Positions 1 through 10,006 of a DNA stretch of 38,533 nt are shown piece after piece. The DNA lies in assembly GCA_016181105.1 (NCBI GenBank), contig JACOZX010000017.1:1-38533 (forward strand), in the 5' to 3' direction. How positions within the stretch are numbered: the first letter of the stretch is position 1; each line of letters starts with the position of its first letter. The notes under the pieces are model-generated. The model had not been told where the DNA came from. It made no database searches and saw nothing but the letters and a program-made list of their open reading frames with translations. A program made the translations under genes and the position numbers. The DNA comes from Candidatus Yanofskybacteria bacterium (GTDB lineage: Bacteria; Patescibacteriota; Minisyncoccia; 2-02-FULL-40-12; IGHO2-12-FULL-4).

Positions 1-99
1 TCTCAAAATAAAAATAGCAAAAATCGGCGCTAAAAGGCCAAAGGCGGAGTTCAATAAAAAATCAGATAAAACTAATTTTTTGATAACTCTGTTTACCAT
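1..99 (-). CDS. N-terminus of a probable MFS transporter (runs off the window edge)
   Basis: ATG at 99 reads MVNRVIKKLVLSDFLLNSAFGLLAPIFAIFILR with no stop to position 1; resembles MFS helix 1. Not in the ORF track. Confidence 0.6.
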   Translation of the reverse strand, partial: MVNRVIKKLVLSDFLLNSAFGLLAPIFAIFILR

Positions 100-191
100 G
101 TTTCCATTATAAACAAAAACAAAAAAATCGCCAACACGGTAGACGATTTCAGAAAAAGTTGCCCCCAGAAACATTACCTCTGGTTTTATTA

Positions 192-1313
192 CTACTGCAC
201 TCTCGCAAAGCCAAAACCAGTGGAGTCGTCGTCCCCAAGCCCGTCTAAATCAAGTGAGTTAAGATGCAAAAAATTACGCAGGGAATCTGCCGGACTAGTT
301 TCTAAAGCAAAGAGCGGCCAGTATTTTGCCGCTAAACCGGTAACAAAAGGCGAGGCCATGGAAGTACCGGAAAGAATGGCATAGCCACCGTTTTTCCAAG
401 TTGATTCAACATTGACGCCCGGCGCCGCAAATTCCATATCCTGCTCTTCAACCACATAAGGCAGGGTTTGTGAGTTGATACCTCTGGAACTCCAATCCGG
501 TATTGCAAAATTTATACCAAAAGCTCCGACAGCCAAAACTTCTTTGGTGGCCGCCGGATAGTCAATACTTGCAAAGTATGGTCCGTCATTGCCGCCAGCC
601 GCTACAACCAAAACACCTTTTGTGGTCGCATAATTTATTGACTCGCTGATGAGCTGTGACGCCTTATCCGAACCCAAACTTATGTTAATAATGTTAATTC
701 CGCCGTCAGCTGCCGCGTTGATTGCGGCCGCAATATCGTCGGCATAGCAAGAGCCGCTTAAACCGCAAACTTTGAAAGCAAAAAGCGACACCTGCGGGGC
801 AATGCCGAATATACCCAAACCATCAGAACCCCCGTCAGCCGCAATAATTCCGGCTACATGAGTACCGTGGCCGTTCTTATCTTCACACTTGCCGTCAACT
901 ACCGGAAAACGCATATTTGTAAAATCCTTACACCCAACAATTCTATTTTTAAGATCGGTGTGTCCAACTGTAACACCGGTATCTAAAACAGCAACCTTGA
1001 CACCTTCCCCTCCGGAGGTTTTCAATATGAGAGGGTCTTTGTAGACATACTCCACGCCCCATGGGGTCTGATCGCTGGGAACAATACGAGTATTTTTAGA
1101 ACTTGGTTTCCCTTGAGGCAAAGCTTCTTTGACCTCCTCGGGTAAAATTTGCAAAACCGGCACAGGCTCAACCGACACCCCCAAAAGCTTGCCAAAACGA
1201 ATTTGCCAGTACTTTACCAAATAACGACTACCCTCTACCGCGCTAACAGAAGAAGGCGCTAATAGAGCTAGCGCCAGAAAACCATAAAAACAAAGGCTTT
1301 TGAGACTTTTCAT
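192..1313 (-). CDS. Secreted S8 (subtilisin-family) serine protease
   Basis: Catalytic motifs VAVLDTG, HGTHVAG, GTSMASP; signal peptide from ATG 1313 (MKSLKSL...). Confidence 0.93.
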   Translation of the reverse strand: MKSLKSLCFYGFLALALLAPSSVSAVEGSRYLVKYWQIRFGKLLGVSVEPVPVLQILPEEVKEALPQGKPSSKNTRIVPSDQTPWGVEYVYKDPLILKTSGGEGVKVAVLDTGVTVGHTDLKNRIVGCKDFTNMRFPVVDGKCEDKNGHGTHVAGIIAADGGSDGLGIFGIAPQVSLFAFKVCGLSGSCYADDIAAAINAAADGGINIINISLGSDKASQLISESINYATTKGVLVVAAGGNDGPYFASIDYPAATKEVLAVGAFGINFAIPDWSSRGINSQTLPYVVEEQDMEFAAPGVNVESTWKNGGYAILSGTSMASPFVTGLAAKYWPLFALETSPADSLRNFLHLNSLDLDGLGDDDSTGFGFARVQ

Positions 1314-1357
1314 AACTTTAAGCTTATTATACCAGAATCCATCAAAAATTCTAGTAG

Positions 1358-1366
1358 TTATCCACA
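1358..1366 (+). promoter_or_regulatory. Perfect DnaA box TTATCCACA
   Basis: Exact consensus 9-mer, intergenic upstream of the S8 protease, flanked by CTAGT...ACTAG. Confidence 0.45.
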
Positions 1367-1387
1367 ACTAGTAAGCCCTGTAAGGAC

Positions 1388-2074
1388 TTAGTTTTTCTCA
1401 TCTTCTTCCGCCAAAATGCCGTTCAGACCGTCGCGTAACTTTTCAGTCCATTCCCTAATTTTTTGCTGAACAATAAGATAGCGGACAAAGTATCTTTTAA
1501 GCAAAATTTTTATTATGTAAATCAAGACGATTGCCAGAGCAAGAAAAATGAGGAAAAGGGTGAAGTCTTTAACAAAGGAAAAGAAAATCTTGAAACTTTC
1601 AGCAAAAAAATAACCGATAAAAACGGTAACAAACACCCACCCCACCGAACCGTAAAAGTTATATTTAAAAAACTTTTTTAAGTTATATTTTAATGAGCCG
1701 GATAAGATCATGGTCGCGATTTCTAAGCTGAAAGTAAATTTAGCAAACATAATCGCCCGGCCACTGTATTTTTCAAAGTACTCTTCAATCCTGTTAATAA
1801 TATTGTGGCTTATTTTGTTTTTGTGGCCCCATTTGTCTAAAGCTTTCGCTCCGCCGAAATATCCGACCAGATACCAAGCATAGCCGTTTAAAACGTGAGC
1901 GACTATCAAAAGAGGCAGGATAATCCACAACTCAACTTGTCCGCTTGAAGCGATAAAACCGGCCAAGACAAGAACATTCATCCCCTCAATAAACCCTCCC
2001 AAAAACAAAAATAAATATTTGTACGAAATTAGATAGGGAGCGTGGCTTTGTATAAAGTTTAATAAACTTTCCAT
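1388..2074 (-). CDS. DedA/VTT-family membrane protein
   Basis: FIEG..VLVLAGF, YLVGYFGG, AIMFAKF and KFFKYNFYGSVGW match the DedA pattern. Confidence 0.85.
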   Translation of the reverse strand: MESLLNFIQSHAPYLISYKYLFLFLGGFIEGMNVLVLAGFIASSGQVELWIILPLLIVAHVLNGYAWYLVGYFGGAKALDKWGHKNKISHNIINRIEEYFEKYSGRAIMFAKFTFSLEIATMILSGSLKYNLKKFFKYNFYGSVGWVFVTVFIGYFFAESFKIFFSFVKDFTLFLIFLALAIVLIYIIKILLKRYFVRYLIVQQKIREWTEKLRDGLNGILAEEDEKN

Positions 2075-2083
2075 ATTTTTATG

Positions 2084-3391
2084 TCACGAACGTAACACCA
2101 TCGGTTCCGCTTCGGCCATTAAACCCAAAACTAACCAAAGGACGATTTGGCCTTGCTGGATAGTCCAAAGAAAATGGTCAAATAATCCCATGATTAAAAC
2201 AGAAGAAAATAATATTAAAAAAGAAAGTTGATGAAGTATCTTCAGGCCGGTTCTTTTAATGTAATAATAGACCAAAAAGAAAACAAAAGCCAAGAAAGAC
2301 AGAAGACCTAAAAATCCAGTTTCAGAGGCAATCAAAAGATAAATATTGTGCACCGGCTGATAAAGATACTCTTTGTCTAAAGTTAAGTTTTGCAGCATGT
2401 GCCAAACAAACTGGCCCGCCCCCAAACCCAAAAATGGGTGTGAAAAAGCCTCACTGCCGGCCAGCTTGTTATAAAAAACTCTCTCTGCAACCGCCAGGTC
2501 TTTATCAGAAAAACTTATCCTTGAACTTACCTGCGGCCACAAAAGAAAAGAAAAAATTAAAACAGTAAAACAGGAAATGCTGGCCAGATAAAGCACCCGC
2601 TTTCTAAAAATAGGACTAACGGGGTATCTCTTTCTCTTCAAAGAAACCAGGACAAGTCTTAAAATTAGTCCCAAAACCCACAGGCCAATTGCCACCCTGG
2701 AAAAAGTCAAAAGAAAACCAAATAAAATTGGGGCATACACCAAGAACAGGGTCCACAAAGGACGGGTTTTTTTCTCATACAAGTACCAGAAGTAGAAGAC
2801 AAAGATAGCGATAAAAAGCCAAGTTGCAAGAACATTGGGATGCGGAAATGTGCCGTAGGCCCTCAAAAACTTTTCACTTCCAAAAGGCACCACTGCAACG
2901 CCGTTAAAATTAGTTCTCAAAACAGACTCTCCGAGCAAGGTCAGACCCAGACTGTGCTGAAAAAAAGACTGCAAAATCCCTAAGACAGCCTGCAGAACTC
3001 CGGAAGCCAAGACTGAAGCTAAAACGTAAGCAGGCTTTAAGACACTTCTTAAAGCAAAACGAAAATAATAAAATAATGCGGAGAATTCCAAAATTTTCAC
3101 GACCTGATACAAGCCTAAAATTTTGTTGTCGGCGACAAAGATAGAAAGTCCGGATATAACAACAAAAAAGAGTAGAAAAAAATCTGCCGGTTTTGGCTTG
3201 GTCATTTGAGAAAATCCTCTCAAAGACCAACACAGAAACAAAAGAAATATCAGCAGGTCTGTAGCGTAAACAAATGCGGAAGTCCACTCATTAAAATTTG
3301 ACCTCGCCGAAGATTTCCAAAAGATAAACCTGGTTTGGAAAGGAATACAGAAAATGAAAAGATAAAAAATTATTCTTTCAACTTTATGCAT
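2084..3391 (-). CDS. O-antigen ligase (Wzy_C) family membrane protein
   Basis: RAYGTFPHPNVLA, LTFSR, HPFLGLGAGQF and PVHNIYLLIASETG motifs; polytopic. Confidence 0.88.
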   Translation of the reverse strand: MHKVERIIFYLFIFCIPFQTRFIFWKSSARSNFNEWTSAFVYATDLLIFLLFLCWSLRGFSQMTKPKPADFFLLFFVVISGLSIFVADNKILGLYQVVKILEFSALFYYFRFALRSVLKPAYVLASVLASGVLQAVLGILQSFFQHSLGLTLLGESVLRTNFNGVAVVPFGSEKFLRAYGTFPHPNVLATWLFIAIFVFYFWYLYEKKTRPLWTLFLVYAPILFGFLLTFSRVAIGLWVLGLILRLVLVSLKRKRYPVSPIFRKRVLYLASISCFTVLIFSFLLWPQVSSRISFSDKDLAVAERVFYNKLAGSEAFSHPFLGLGAGQFVWHMLQNLTLDKEYLYQPVHNIYLLIASETGFLGLLSFLAFVFFLVYYYIKRTGLKILHQLSFLILFSSVLIMGLFDHFLWTIQQGQIVLWLVLGLMAEAEPMVLRS

Positions 3392-3414
3392 CAGGTTATA
3401 AATAGTTCAGTGAA

Positions 3415-4542
3415 CTATATAAAAGCGAGCAAAACACCGGAAGCAAAAACGGCAATTACAAGATACCAAAACCATATGGGCATATTCAGAGAATACTCCG
3501 GAATACGATGCCCCATTCTTTTGACTTTGCTGTAAATAAGAACAAAGACTACAGACTGCAACCCGATAGCCACGGAACCGGCAAGCCCTATCACATTAAT
3601 AAAATTTCTGATGCCGAAAATAAATAAGAAAAACGGAGGCCAAAGAGCCAAAAACCAGGCAGTAAATTTGCCCAAACGAAAATCAAACTGAAAAGATTCC
3701 TGCAAAACCCGGCCTAAGTTAAGAAAAGAAGTGAAGATTGCCAAAACGCCAAAAATAGAACCGGCCAAGACGACTTTTGAACCGAGAAAAGAAGACAAAC
3801 CGGCAAATGCTTCGGGAGAAGTGACCTCTCCCGACACACCTACAACCAAAAAGGCAAAAATTAAATAAATAACCGGCGGGATTAAACTGCCCAAGATAAT
3901 AGATTTCTTCAAATTGAACTCCTGACCATCTAAAACTTCCCTCTGCAAAGCAACCGAAGACATGCCGCTTAAAGCAAAAAGTATGACCCCATAGGGCAAA
4001 AACCAGAAATCTTTATTCCAAAGAGTAAAGTTCTGAAAATTAACATGACCCGCTCCCCAAAAGACAATCAAAGATATTGATGCCACATAAAGAAAAGCCA
4101 TGAAAAGATCTACCGCTGAAACAGTCTTTAAACCGCCCAACAAAACAAAAGCCACTAAAAAGAAAAAAAACACGCTTAACGAGTCAGCCGAAACAAAAAA
4201 CTTAAAAGACAAGATGTTGGCAAGAAACTCCCCGCCGACGATGATATAAGCCAGAAGCGCGGAATAAATCCCAAGAACAAAAGTAAAAAAAGTTAATTTT
4301 TTAAAAAACTTGCCCAAATAGACATCGGCATAACCCACCAGCTGGTGAGCCTTGTCGGTACGCAAAATTATTTCTCCATAAGCCAGATTTAAAATAAGAG
4401 TTACCGCGCTTAAACCGATTAAAAACAAAAGGCCGGTTAAAAAACCAGCCTTTGAAAAAACAAATGGCACTCCAAAAATACCTACCCCAATAATACCCCC
4501 CACCAAAACAGCCGCCGCCGAGTATAATTTTTTGTTGGGCAT
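3415..4542 (-). CDS. Aromatic amino acid (Trp/Tyr permease-like) transporter
   Basis: GGIIGVGIFGVPF..AGF N-terminal motif, LPYGVILFA, about 11 TM segments. Confidence 0.8.
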   Translation of the reverse strand: MPNKKLYSAAAVLVGGIIGVGIFGVPFVFSKAGFLTGLLFLIGLSAVTLILNLAYGEIILRTDKAHQLVGYADVYLGKFFKKLTFFTFVLGIYSALLAYIIVGGEFLANILSFKFFVSADSLSVFFFFLVAFVLLGGLKTVSAVDLFMAFLYVASISLIVFWGAGHVNFQNFTLWNKDFWFLPYGVILFALSGMSSVALQREVLDGQEFNLKKSIILGSLIPPVIYLIFAFLVVGVSGEVTSPEAFAGLSSFLGSKVVLAGSIFGVLAIFTSFLNLGRVLQESFQFDFRLGKFTAWFLALWPPFFLFIFGIRNFINVIGLAGSVAIGLQSVVFVLIYSKVKRMGHRIPEYSLNMPIWFWYLVIAVFASGVLLAFI

Positions 4543-4576
4543 AATATAGACCTTTTTCTATGCAAAAGGCCTTAAA

Positions 4577-5038
4577 TTATTTCTCAACCTCTTCGTCTTG
4601 GAGGCTTTGGTAAAGAATCCTGTTGCCCGTCTTTTTTTCCACGAGCCACAAAAAAGTCAAGATAAAGTAAACTACTAAAACAGAAAAAAACGCCTCGCGG
4701 TAAAAACCCATGCCTATCGTAATGCCGATTGCCGCCACCACCCATAAAGTAGCGGCCGTGGTGATACCGCGTATTTTTTGGCCTTGCTGAAGAATCACCC
4801 CGCCGCCGATGAAACCTATGCCAACCACAATATTTGAAATCATTCTGGTCGGATCTATAAGCGGGTTGTCGGAAAAAGAAGAAAGAGAAATAACAGTAAT
4901 TAAAGAAGCGCCCATGGCCACCAAGGCGTTAGTTCTTAGGCCGGCAGATTTGTGGGACCTTTCTCTTTCAAAACCGATAGCCGCTCCCAAAGCCGTTGCC
5001 AGCAGTATTCTTAAAAATGTTTCCGGAAATTCCAACAC
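4577..5038 (-). CDS. MgtC/SapB family protein
   Basis: GFERE..HKSAGLRT, GIGFIGGG, GITTAATLW motifs. Confidence 0.92.
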   Translation of the reverse strand: MLEFPETFLRILLATALGAAIGFERERSHKSAGLRTNALVAMGASLITVISLSSFSDNPLIDPTRMISNIVVGIGFIGGGVILQQGQKIRGITTAATLWVVAAIGITIGMGFYREAFFSVLVVYFILTFLWLVEKKTGNRILYQSLQDEEVEK

Positions 5039-5052
5039 AAATTAATTATCTC

Positions 5053-7377
5053 CTACTTTAGGGCTACTTTCAAGACGTCATCAACAGTTTGAGCGTAAAC
5101 AAACTTCAACGCCTTTCTTATCTTAACAGGAATATCCACAAGGTCTTTCTCGTTTGCTTGGGGAACAATGATGGTTTTCAGTCCGGCCCTGTGAGCCGCC
5201 AAAACTTTTTCTTTGATTCCGCCTATTTCCAAAACCTTGCCGCGAAGAGTTATTTCCCCGGTCATCCCCACGTCTTTGCGGACGGCTCTCTTGGTCAGCA
5301 TAGAGACAATCGCTGTAATCATGGCCACTCCGGCCGATGGACCGTCCTTTGGGATAGCGCCCGAAGGAATGTGAATGTGAATGTCTTCTTTGTAAAAATC
5401 ATTTTTAATTTTAAATTTTTCAGCGCTGGACCGGACATAGCTTAAAGCGGCGCTAACGGACTCTTTCATAACTTCTCCCAGATAACCCGTTAAAATCAGC
5501 TTGCCTTTGCCGGGCATTTTTGTCGCCTCAATTGACAGCACCTCTCCGCCCACAGGCGTCCAAGCAAGACCGGTGGCCACGCCTATCTCATCCTCTTTTT
5601 CTCCCTGTTGGTGGGTATATCTGGCCGGACCAAGAAACTGATGCAAAGTTTTGTCATTCACGATAAGCTTGTCCCGCGAACTGTTTTCCACGACGCGTCT
5701 TGTTACTTTCCTAAATATAGTAGCCAGCTTTCTCTCCAGCTCTCTGACACCTGCTTCGCTTGTATGTTTCCTTATGACGTCCAAAACCACTCCGTCACTC
5801 ATGGAAAAAGTTGTTGCCTTAAGTCCGTGCTGGCCGAAAAGCTTAGGAACAAGAAATTTTTTAGCGATGTAAAGTTTCTCATCTTCGGTATAGCCGGGAA
5901 ATTCAATAATTTCCAACCGGTCTCTTAAGGCCGGCGGAATCGTGTCCAGTCTGTTTGCTGTGGTTATAAAAATAACATCAGATAAATCAAACGGCACTTC
6001 CAGGTAGTTGTCTGAAAAAGAAAAATTTTGTTCGGGATCAAGGGCCTCCAGCAACGCCGCCGCCGGATCGCCCCTGAAATCTTGGCCAATCTTATCAATT
6101 TCATCCAGCATAAAAACCGGGTCTTTGGCGGACGCCGTGTGTATGCCCTGAATAATCCTGCCGGGCAAAGCGCCGACATAAGTTCTGCGATGGCCTCTTA
6201 ACTCGGCTTCGTCATGAAGACCGCCCAAGGAAATCCTGACAAATTTACGGCCCAAAGCATTGGCAATAGAGCGGCCAATGGAAGTCTTGCCGGTCCCCGG
6301 AGGACCGATGAAACAAAGGATAGGCCCTTTAACTTTTCCGACCTGCTTCTGCACAGCCAAGTACTCCAAAATTCTCTCTTTAACCTTATCCAAACCATAG
6401 TGGTCTTTATCCAAAACTTTACCGGCCTGTTTCAGGTCTATTGATTTTTTTGTGGCAATCGCCCAGGGCAGTTCAACCAGCCAGTCAAGATAAGTGCGGA
6501 GATAAGAAATCTCCGGACTGAACATGGGCATTTTTTCCAGACGACCAAGCTCCTTAACTGCCTTTTTTTCAACCTCCTTAGGCATACCTGATTTTTTTAT
6601 TTTCGTCCTTAGCTGTTCGTAATCTCCCTTTTCTCCCTCCATGCCGAGCTCTTTCTCTATGCTTTTTAACTGCTCTCGCAAGAAAATTTCTTTTTGCATC
6701 TTGCCAAGTTGTTTTTTAGTTTCTTTGGCAACCTTTTTTTCTGCTTCCAGAATCTCCAGTTCTCTGGTCAGGAAAAAGTTTATCCTCTTGAGAGCCTCGT
6801 TGAGATTTGTCGTTTCTAAAATATACTGCTGATCAAGCAAATCGAGATTAAGATTTACAGCAATCAAGTTAACAAGTTGTTCCGGTTCTTTAAGCTGGCT
6901 CAAAGTAAATAGGAAAGACGGCAAAACCGAAGAAAATATTTTGGCTTCAGTAACTTTTTTAAACTGCTCAATAATTGTCCTAATCAAAGCCTCGCTTTCA
7001 ACACTTTCTTTGTACTCCAATTCCACCGGCGCGATTTTAGCCTTGAAAAATGGTTCCTCTTGAGTAAACTCCAAAATTTTCACTCTTTTCAAGCCTTCCG
7101 CGTCAATCTTAAAAGAGCCGTCAGTCAAACGGTTGGTTGTGATAATATGTCCGATGGTCCCGATCTTAAACAAGTCCTTAGGTATGGCATCGTCGTGCAG
7201 ATTGCGCTGGGCGACAAAAATCATCTGGCCGTTATGGGCAGACAGGGATTGTTCAAGAGCGGTCACGGATTTAGACCTCTGCACCACAAGAGGAATAGCA
7301 ATACGAGGAAATAAAGCAACGTTTTTCAAGGCCATCAACGGCAATTCGTTGCTGATTAAATTATTAGTTACCGGCAT
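5053..7377 (-). CDS. lon: ATP-dependent Lon protease
   Basis: LON N-domain, Walker A GPPGTGKTS, GHRRTYVGALPG, catalytic PKDGPSAG and IGGIKEK. Confidence 0.98.
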   Translation of the reverse strand: MPVTNNLISNELPLMALKNVALFPRIAIPLVVQRSKSVTALEQSLSAHNGQMIFVAQRNLHDDAIPKDLFKIGTIGHIITTNRLTDGSFKIDAEGLKRVKILEFTQEEPFFKAKIAPVELEYKESVESEALIRTIIEQFKKVTEAKIFSSVLPSFLFTLSQLKEPEQLVNLIAVNLNLDLLDQQYILETTNLNEALKRINFFLTRELEILEAEKKVAKETKKQLGKMQKEIFLREQLKSIEKELGMEGEKGDYEQLRTKIKKSGMPKEVEKKAVKELGRLEKMPMFSPEISYLRTYLDWLVELPWAIATKKSIDLKQAGKVLDKDHYGLDKVKERILEYLAVQKQVGKVKGPILCFIGPPGTGKTSIGRSIANALGRKFVRISLGGLHDEAELRGHRRTYVGALPGRIIQGIHTASAKDPVFMLDEIDKIGQDFRGDPAAALLEALDPEQNFSFSDNYLEVPFDLSDVIFITTANRLDTIPPALRDRLEIIEFPGYTEDEKLYIAKKFLVPKLFGQHGLKATTFSMSDGVVLDVIRKHTSEAGVRELERKLATIFRKVTRRVVENSSRDKLIVNDKTLHQFLGPARYTHQQGEKEDEIGVATGLAWTPVGGEVLSIEATKMPGKGKLILTGYLGEVMKESVSAALSYVRSSAEKFKIKNDFYKEDIHIHIPSGAIPKDGPSAGVAMITAIVSMLTKRAVRKDVGMTGEITLRGKVLEIGGIKEKVLAAHRAGLKTIIVPQANEKDLVDIPVKIRKALKFVYAQTVDDVLKVALK

Positions 7378-7386
7378 AATAACCCT

Positions 7387-7414
7387 ATCTTATCAATTAG
7401 CAGTCTGGTGTCAA
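7387..7414 (-). promoter_or_regulatory. Sigma70-like promoter for lon
   Basis: TTGACA-16 nt-TAAGAT ending 9 nt before the lon ATG; no Shine-Dalgarno. Confidence 0.55.
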
Positions 7415-7447
7415 GAGTGCCAATTAGGAGTTTGTTGGATACGCGGA

Positions 7448-8074
7448 CTACTCTCCTGTGTTATCAACTTCTCCCGGTTCCTTAAGTTCCTTCTTTATGA
7501 GTTCAGTGAGTTTAGAAATTAGTTCCTTAGGATTTTTACTAAAGACAACCTTTCCCGCACCATGGCGATGAGGGTCTTTGACATTTTCCAAAAGTCTGGC
7601 AATTTCTTCGGTCACTCCGCCGCTGCCTTCTAAAACACCGATGGGTTTGTTGTCCTCCAGAGCAATAGTAAATTCATTGAGCGTGCCAAAACCGCCGCAG
7701 GCAATAATAACAGCATCAGCCGCTTTGGTTAAAATCAAATTTCTGCCGGAGTAGTTGAAACCGGTATAAATTATAAAATCAAAGTTTTCTGTCGGCAAAC
7801 GATAAGATTTAACATGTTCGGCGTAAGTTGCCGCCGGTGAAATACCTATACTTACTCCGCCCTCCTCTTTAGCGCCTTTCGCCGCGGCATAAGGCGCGCC
7901 GGTAGTGGCGCCGGTAATCAAAATCCCGCCCTGTCTGACAACTTCACGGCCAATTTCTTCCGTCCTTTGAAATATGTCGGAAGAACAGATGCCGCAAGCT
8001 TTAGCAGAAGATTGGCCGCCTTCGTTGCACTTGCCCAAATCCGCCGAACCTGACACTACGAATTTATATTTCAT
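7448..8074 (-). CDS. LOG-family (TIGR00725-like) nucleotide-binding protein
   Basis: LITGATTGAP, GISPAA, RNLILTKAAD, GGFGTLNEF motifs. Confidence 0.88.
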   Translation of the reverse strand: MKYKFVVSGSADLGKCNEGGQSSAKACGICSSDIFQRTEEIGREVVRQGGILITGATTGAPYAAAKGAKEEGGVSIGISPAATYAEHVKSYRLPTENFDFIIYTGFNYSGRNLILTKAADAVIIACGGFGTLNEFTIALEDNKPIGVLEGSGGVTEEIARLLENVKDPHRHGAGKVVFSKNPKELISKLTELIKKELKEPGEVDNTGE

Positions 8075-8097
8075 AATAAAATTTTAACAAAATAATA

Positions 8098-9456
8098 CTA
8101 CAAAGCAAATTCTTCATCTAGCTTAGACACAACCGCCTCAACACGAATTCGGCTTTTTATTACTTCGGCCAAAGCCTCAGCCGAGCTTTCTTCGCCTTGA
8201 ACAACAAAGACTTTTTTCAGTTTTTTCTCTTGATTAGATCTCTTAACCCATTCAACCAAAGCCAATTGGTCAGCATGAGCAGAGTAGCCGCCGATACCTT
8301 TAACCAAACAATTAACCGGCACGCTCTCGCCAAAAATTGTTACCTCTTTTTGGCCGTCTAAAATCCTTCTGCCCAAACTGCCCTCCACCTGATAACCCAC
8401 AAATACAATGGCGCTGTTTGGGTCGGAAAGATACCTTCTCTCATGGTGTAAAATTCTGCCGCCGTTAGACATGCCGGAGCCAGCAATGATTATTTTGGGC
8501 GGCGCAACGTCATTTATTTTTTTTGAGTCCATAGCTGTTTCGGTCTGCCGCAAACCCGGGAAATTAAAAATATTACTGCCAAATTCCTGCGCCTCTTTTT
8601 TTAAATAGTCAGGGTATTTATTATAAACTTCGGTCATTCTGGCCGCCAAAGGGCTATCAATAAAAACCGGCAACTCGGAAATAAGACCGGCACTTAAAAG
8701 CTTGCTTATTTCAAAAAGCATCTCTTGCGTCCTTTCAATGGCAAACGATGGAATCATCAGAGTGCCGCCGCTATGAATAACATGCTCAACAACCTCTCTG
8801 AAAACTTTACTTCTTTGGTCAACATCTTCGTGGACCCTGCTTCCGTAAGCCGACTCAATCACTACATAGTCGGCATCTTTGATAAAATCTTTATCCGGCA
8901 AAAGAAGTGAAGGCGAATTGCCCAAGTCGCCTGTAAAATAAATCTTTTTGGTTTCGCCATTTTCTTTATAATCAAAACATATAACAGCTGAACCGAGAAT
9001 GTGACCGGCATTTAAAAAGGTGGCGGTAACGTCGTCCAATATCTTAATCCTCTGATAGTAGTCGACGCCCTCAACTATCTCCATCACGGCATCAATATCT
9101 GCAACCTCATAAAGAGGTTCGTGGTTGTCTTTTTTAGCCTCTTCAGCCATCAACCTCCAGTTGTCTGGAAAAGCCCTAGCCATCAAATCTTTTGTCGGTT
9201 TAGTGGTGAAAACCTTGCCCCTAAAACCCTCCTTATAAAGTTTGGGGAGTCTGCCGATGTGATCAGTGTGACTGTGAGTCAAAAAAACAAAATCAATGCT
9301 CTTGGGGTCATATTTAAAAGCAGAATAGTTTAACTCTTCCGCATACTTGGAGCCCTGAAAAAGCCCGCAGTCAACTAAAATTTTTGCGCTGCCGGTATCC
9401 AATAAATAATTTGCCCCAGTCACCGACATCGCCCCGCCATAGAAAGTTAAATGCAT
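8098..9456 (-). CDS. MBL-fold beta-CASP ribonuclease
   Basis: LTHSHTDHIG, AGHILGS, FTGDLG, AGSGMSNGGR, YSAHAD motifs. Confidence 0.95.
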   Translation of the reverse strand: MHLTFYGGAMSVTGANYLLDTGSAKILVDCGLFQGSKYAEELNYSAFKYDPKSIDFVFLTHSHTDHIGRLPKLYKEGFRGKVFTTKPTKDLMARAFPDNWRLMAEEAKKDNHEPLYEVADIDAVMEIVEGVDYYQRIKILDDVTATFLNAGHILGSAVICFDYKENGETKKIYFTGDLGNSPSLLLPDKDFIKDADYVVIESAYGSRVHEDVDQRSKVFREVVEHVIHSGGTLMIPSFAIERTQEMLFEISKLLSAGLISELPVFIDSPLAARMTEVYNKYPDYLKKEAQEFGSNIFNFPGLRQTETAMDSKKINDVAPPKIIIAGSGMSNGGRILHHERRYLSDPNSAIVFVGYQVEGSLGRRILDGQKEVTIFGESVPVNCLVKGIGGYSAHADQLALVEWVKRSNQEKKLKKVFVVQGEESSAEALAEVIKSRIRVEAVVSKLDEEFAL

Positions 9457-9474
9457 AAATGCAAAATCAAAATA

Positions 9475-9897
9475 CTACTCAAAATATTTTTCCAATACGT
9501 CAAAAAAAACGCTACCATCGTCAACCTTTTTATAGCTATCCTTATCTACCCACCTAAAGTCATTATGCTCATCGCTTAATTTTAGTTCGCCAGAAACATA
9601 TTTACACTTAAATCCCACGAGATATACCACCCTTGGATAATTCCTGTGATTTTTGGGAAACTCGTAATACCAAACAGAGAAGGGTCTAAAAACTTCAATC
9701 TTAAGGCCAGTTTCCTCCAAAACTTCTCTTTGAAGTGAATGTGTCAAGCTGGAAGCGTCTCCATTTTTAGCTTCACCTTCTTGAATCTTACCGCCGGGAA
9801 AATCAAGACCTTCCATCGGATCGTTAAGAACAAGAACTTTACCGTCCTTTTCAATAAATGCCTTTTGGCCTACACAAAATAACGCATCGTCTTTCAT
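9475..9897 (-). CDS. NUDIX hydrolase
   Basis: FPGGKIQEGE...LQREVLEETGL Nudix box with a short insertion; LSDEH. Confidence 0.9.
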   Translation of the reverse strand: MKDDALFCVGQKAFIEKDGKVLVLNDPMEGLDFPGGKIQEGEAKNGDASSLTHSLQREVLEETGLKIEVFRPFSVWYYEFPKNHRNYPRVVYLVGFKCKYVSGELKLSDEHNDFRWVDKDSYKKVDDGSVFFDVLEKYFE

Positions 9898-9958
9898 AAT
9901 TTCAATCTTATCAATTTTTATCCCACTATACCATCCGTTATTTTATGTTTTCAATGGC

Positions 9959-9967
9959 TGTGGATAA
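9959..9967 (-). promoter_or_regulatory. Perfect DnaA box (TGTGGATAA on +)
   Basis: Exact consensus, 4 nt upstream of the -35 hexamer at 9972. Confidence 0.45.
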
Positions 9968-9971
9968 ATTA

Positions 9972-10000
9972 TTGACTTTCCACCTCCAATTTGATAATAT
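9972..10000 (+). promoter_or_regulatory. Sigma70-like promoter pointing toward the 3' end of the NYN gene
   Basis: TTGACT(9972-9977)-17 nt-TAATAT(9995-10000), with TG at the extended -10 position. Confidence 0.6.
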
Positions 10001-10006
10001 TTCGAT

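Noticed and set aside
5089-7522. Many 60-150-aa ORFs antisense to or nested in lon, and similar ones over other core genes
   Set aside because: Shadow frames of well-supported genes, with no motifs or expression signals.
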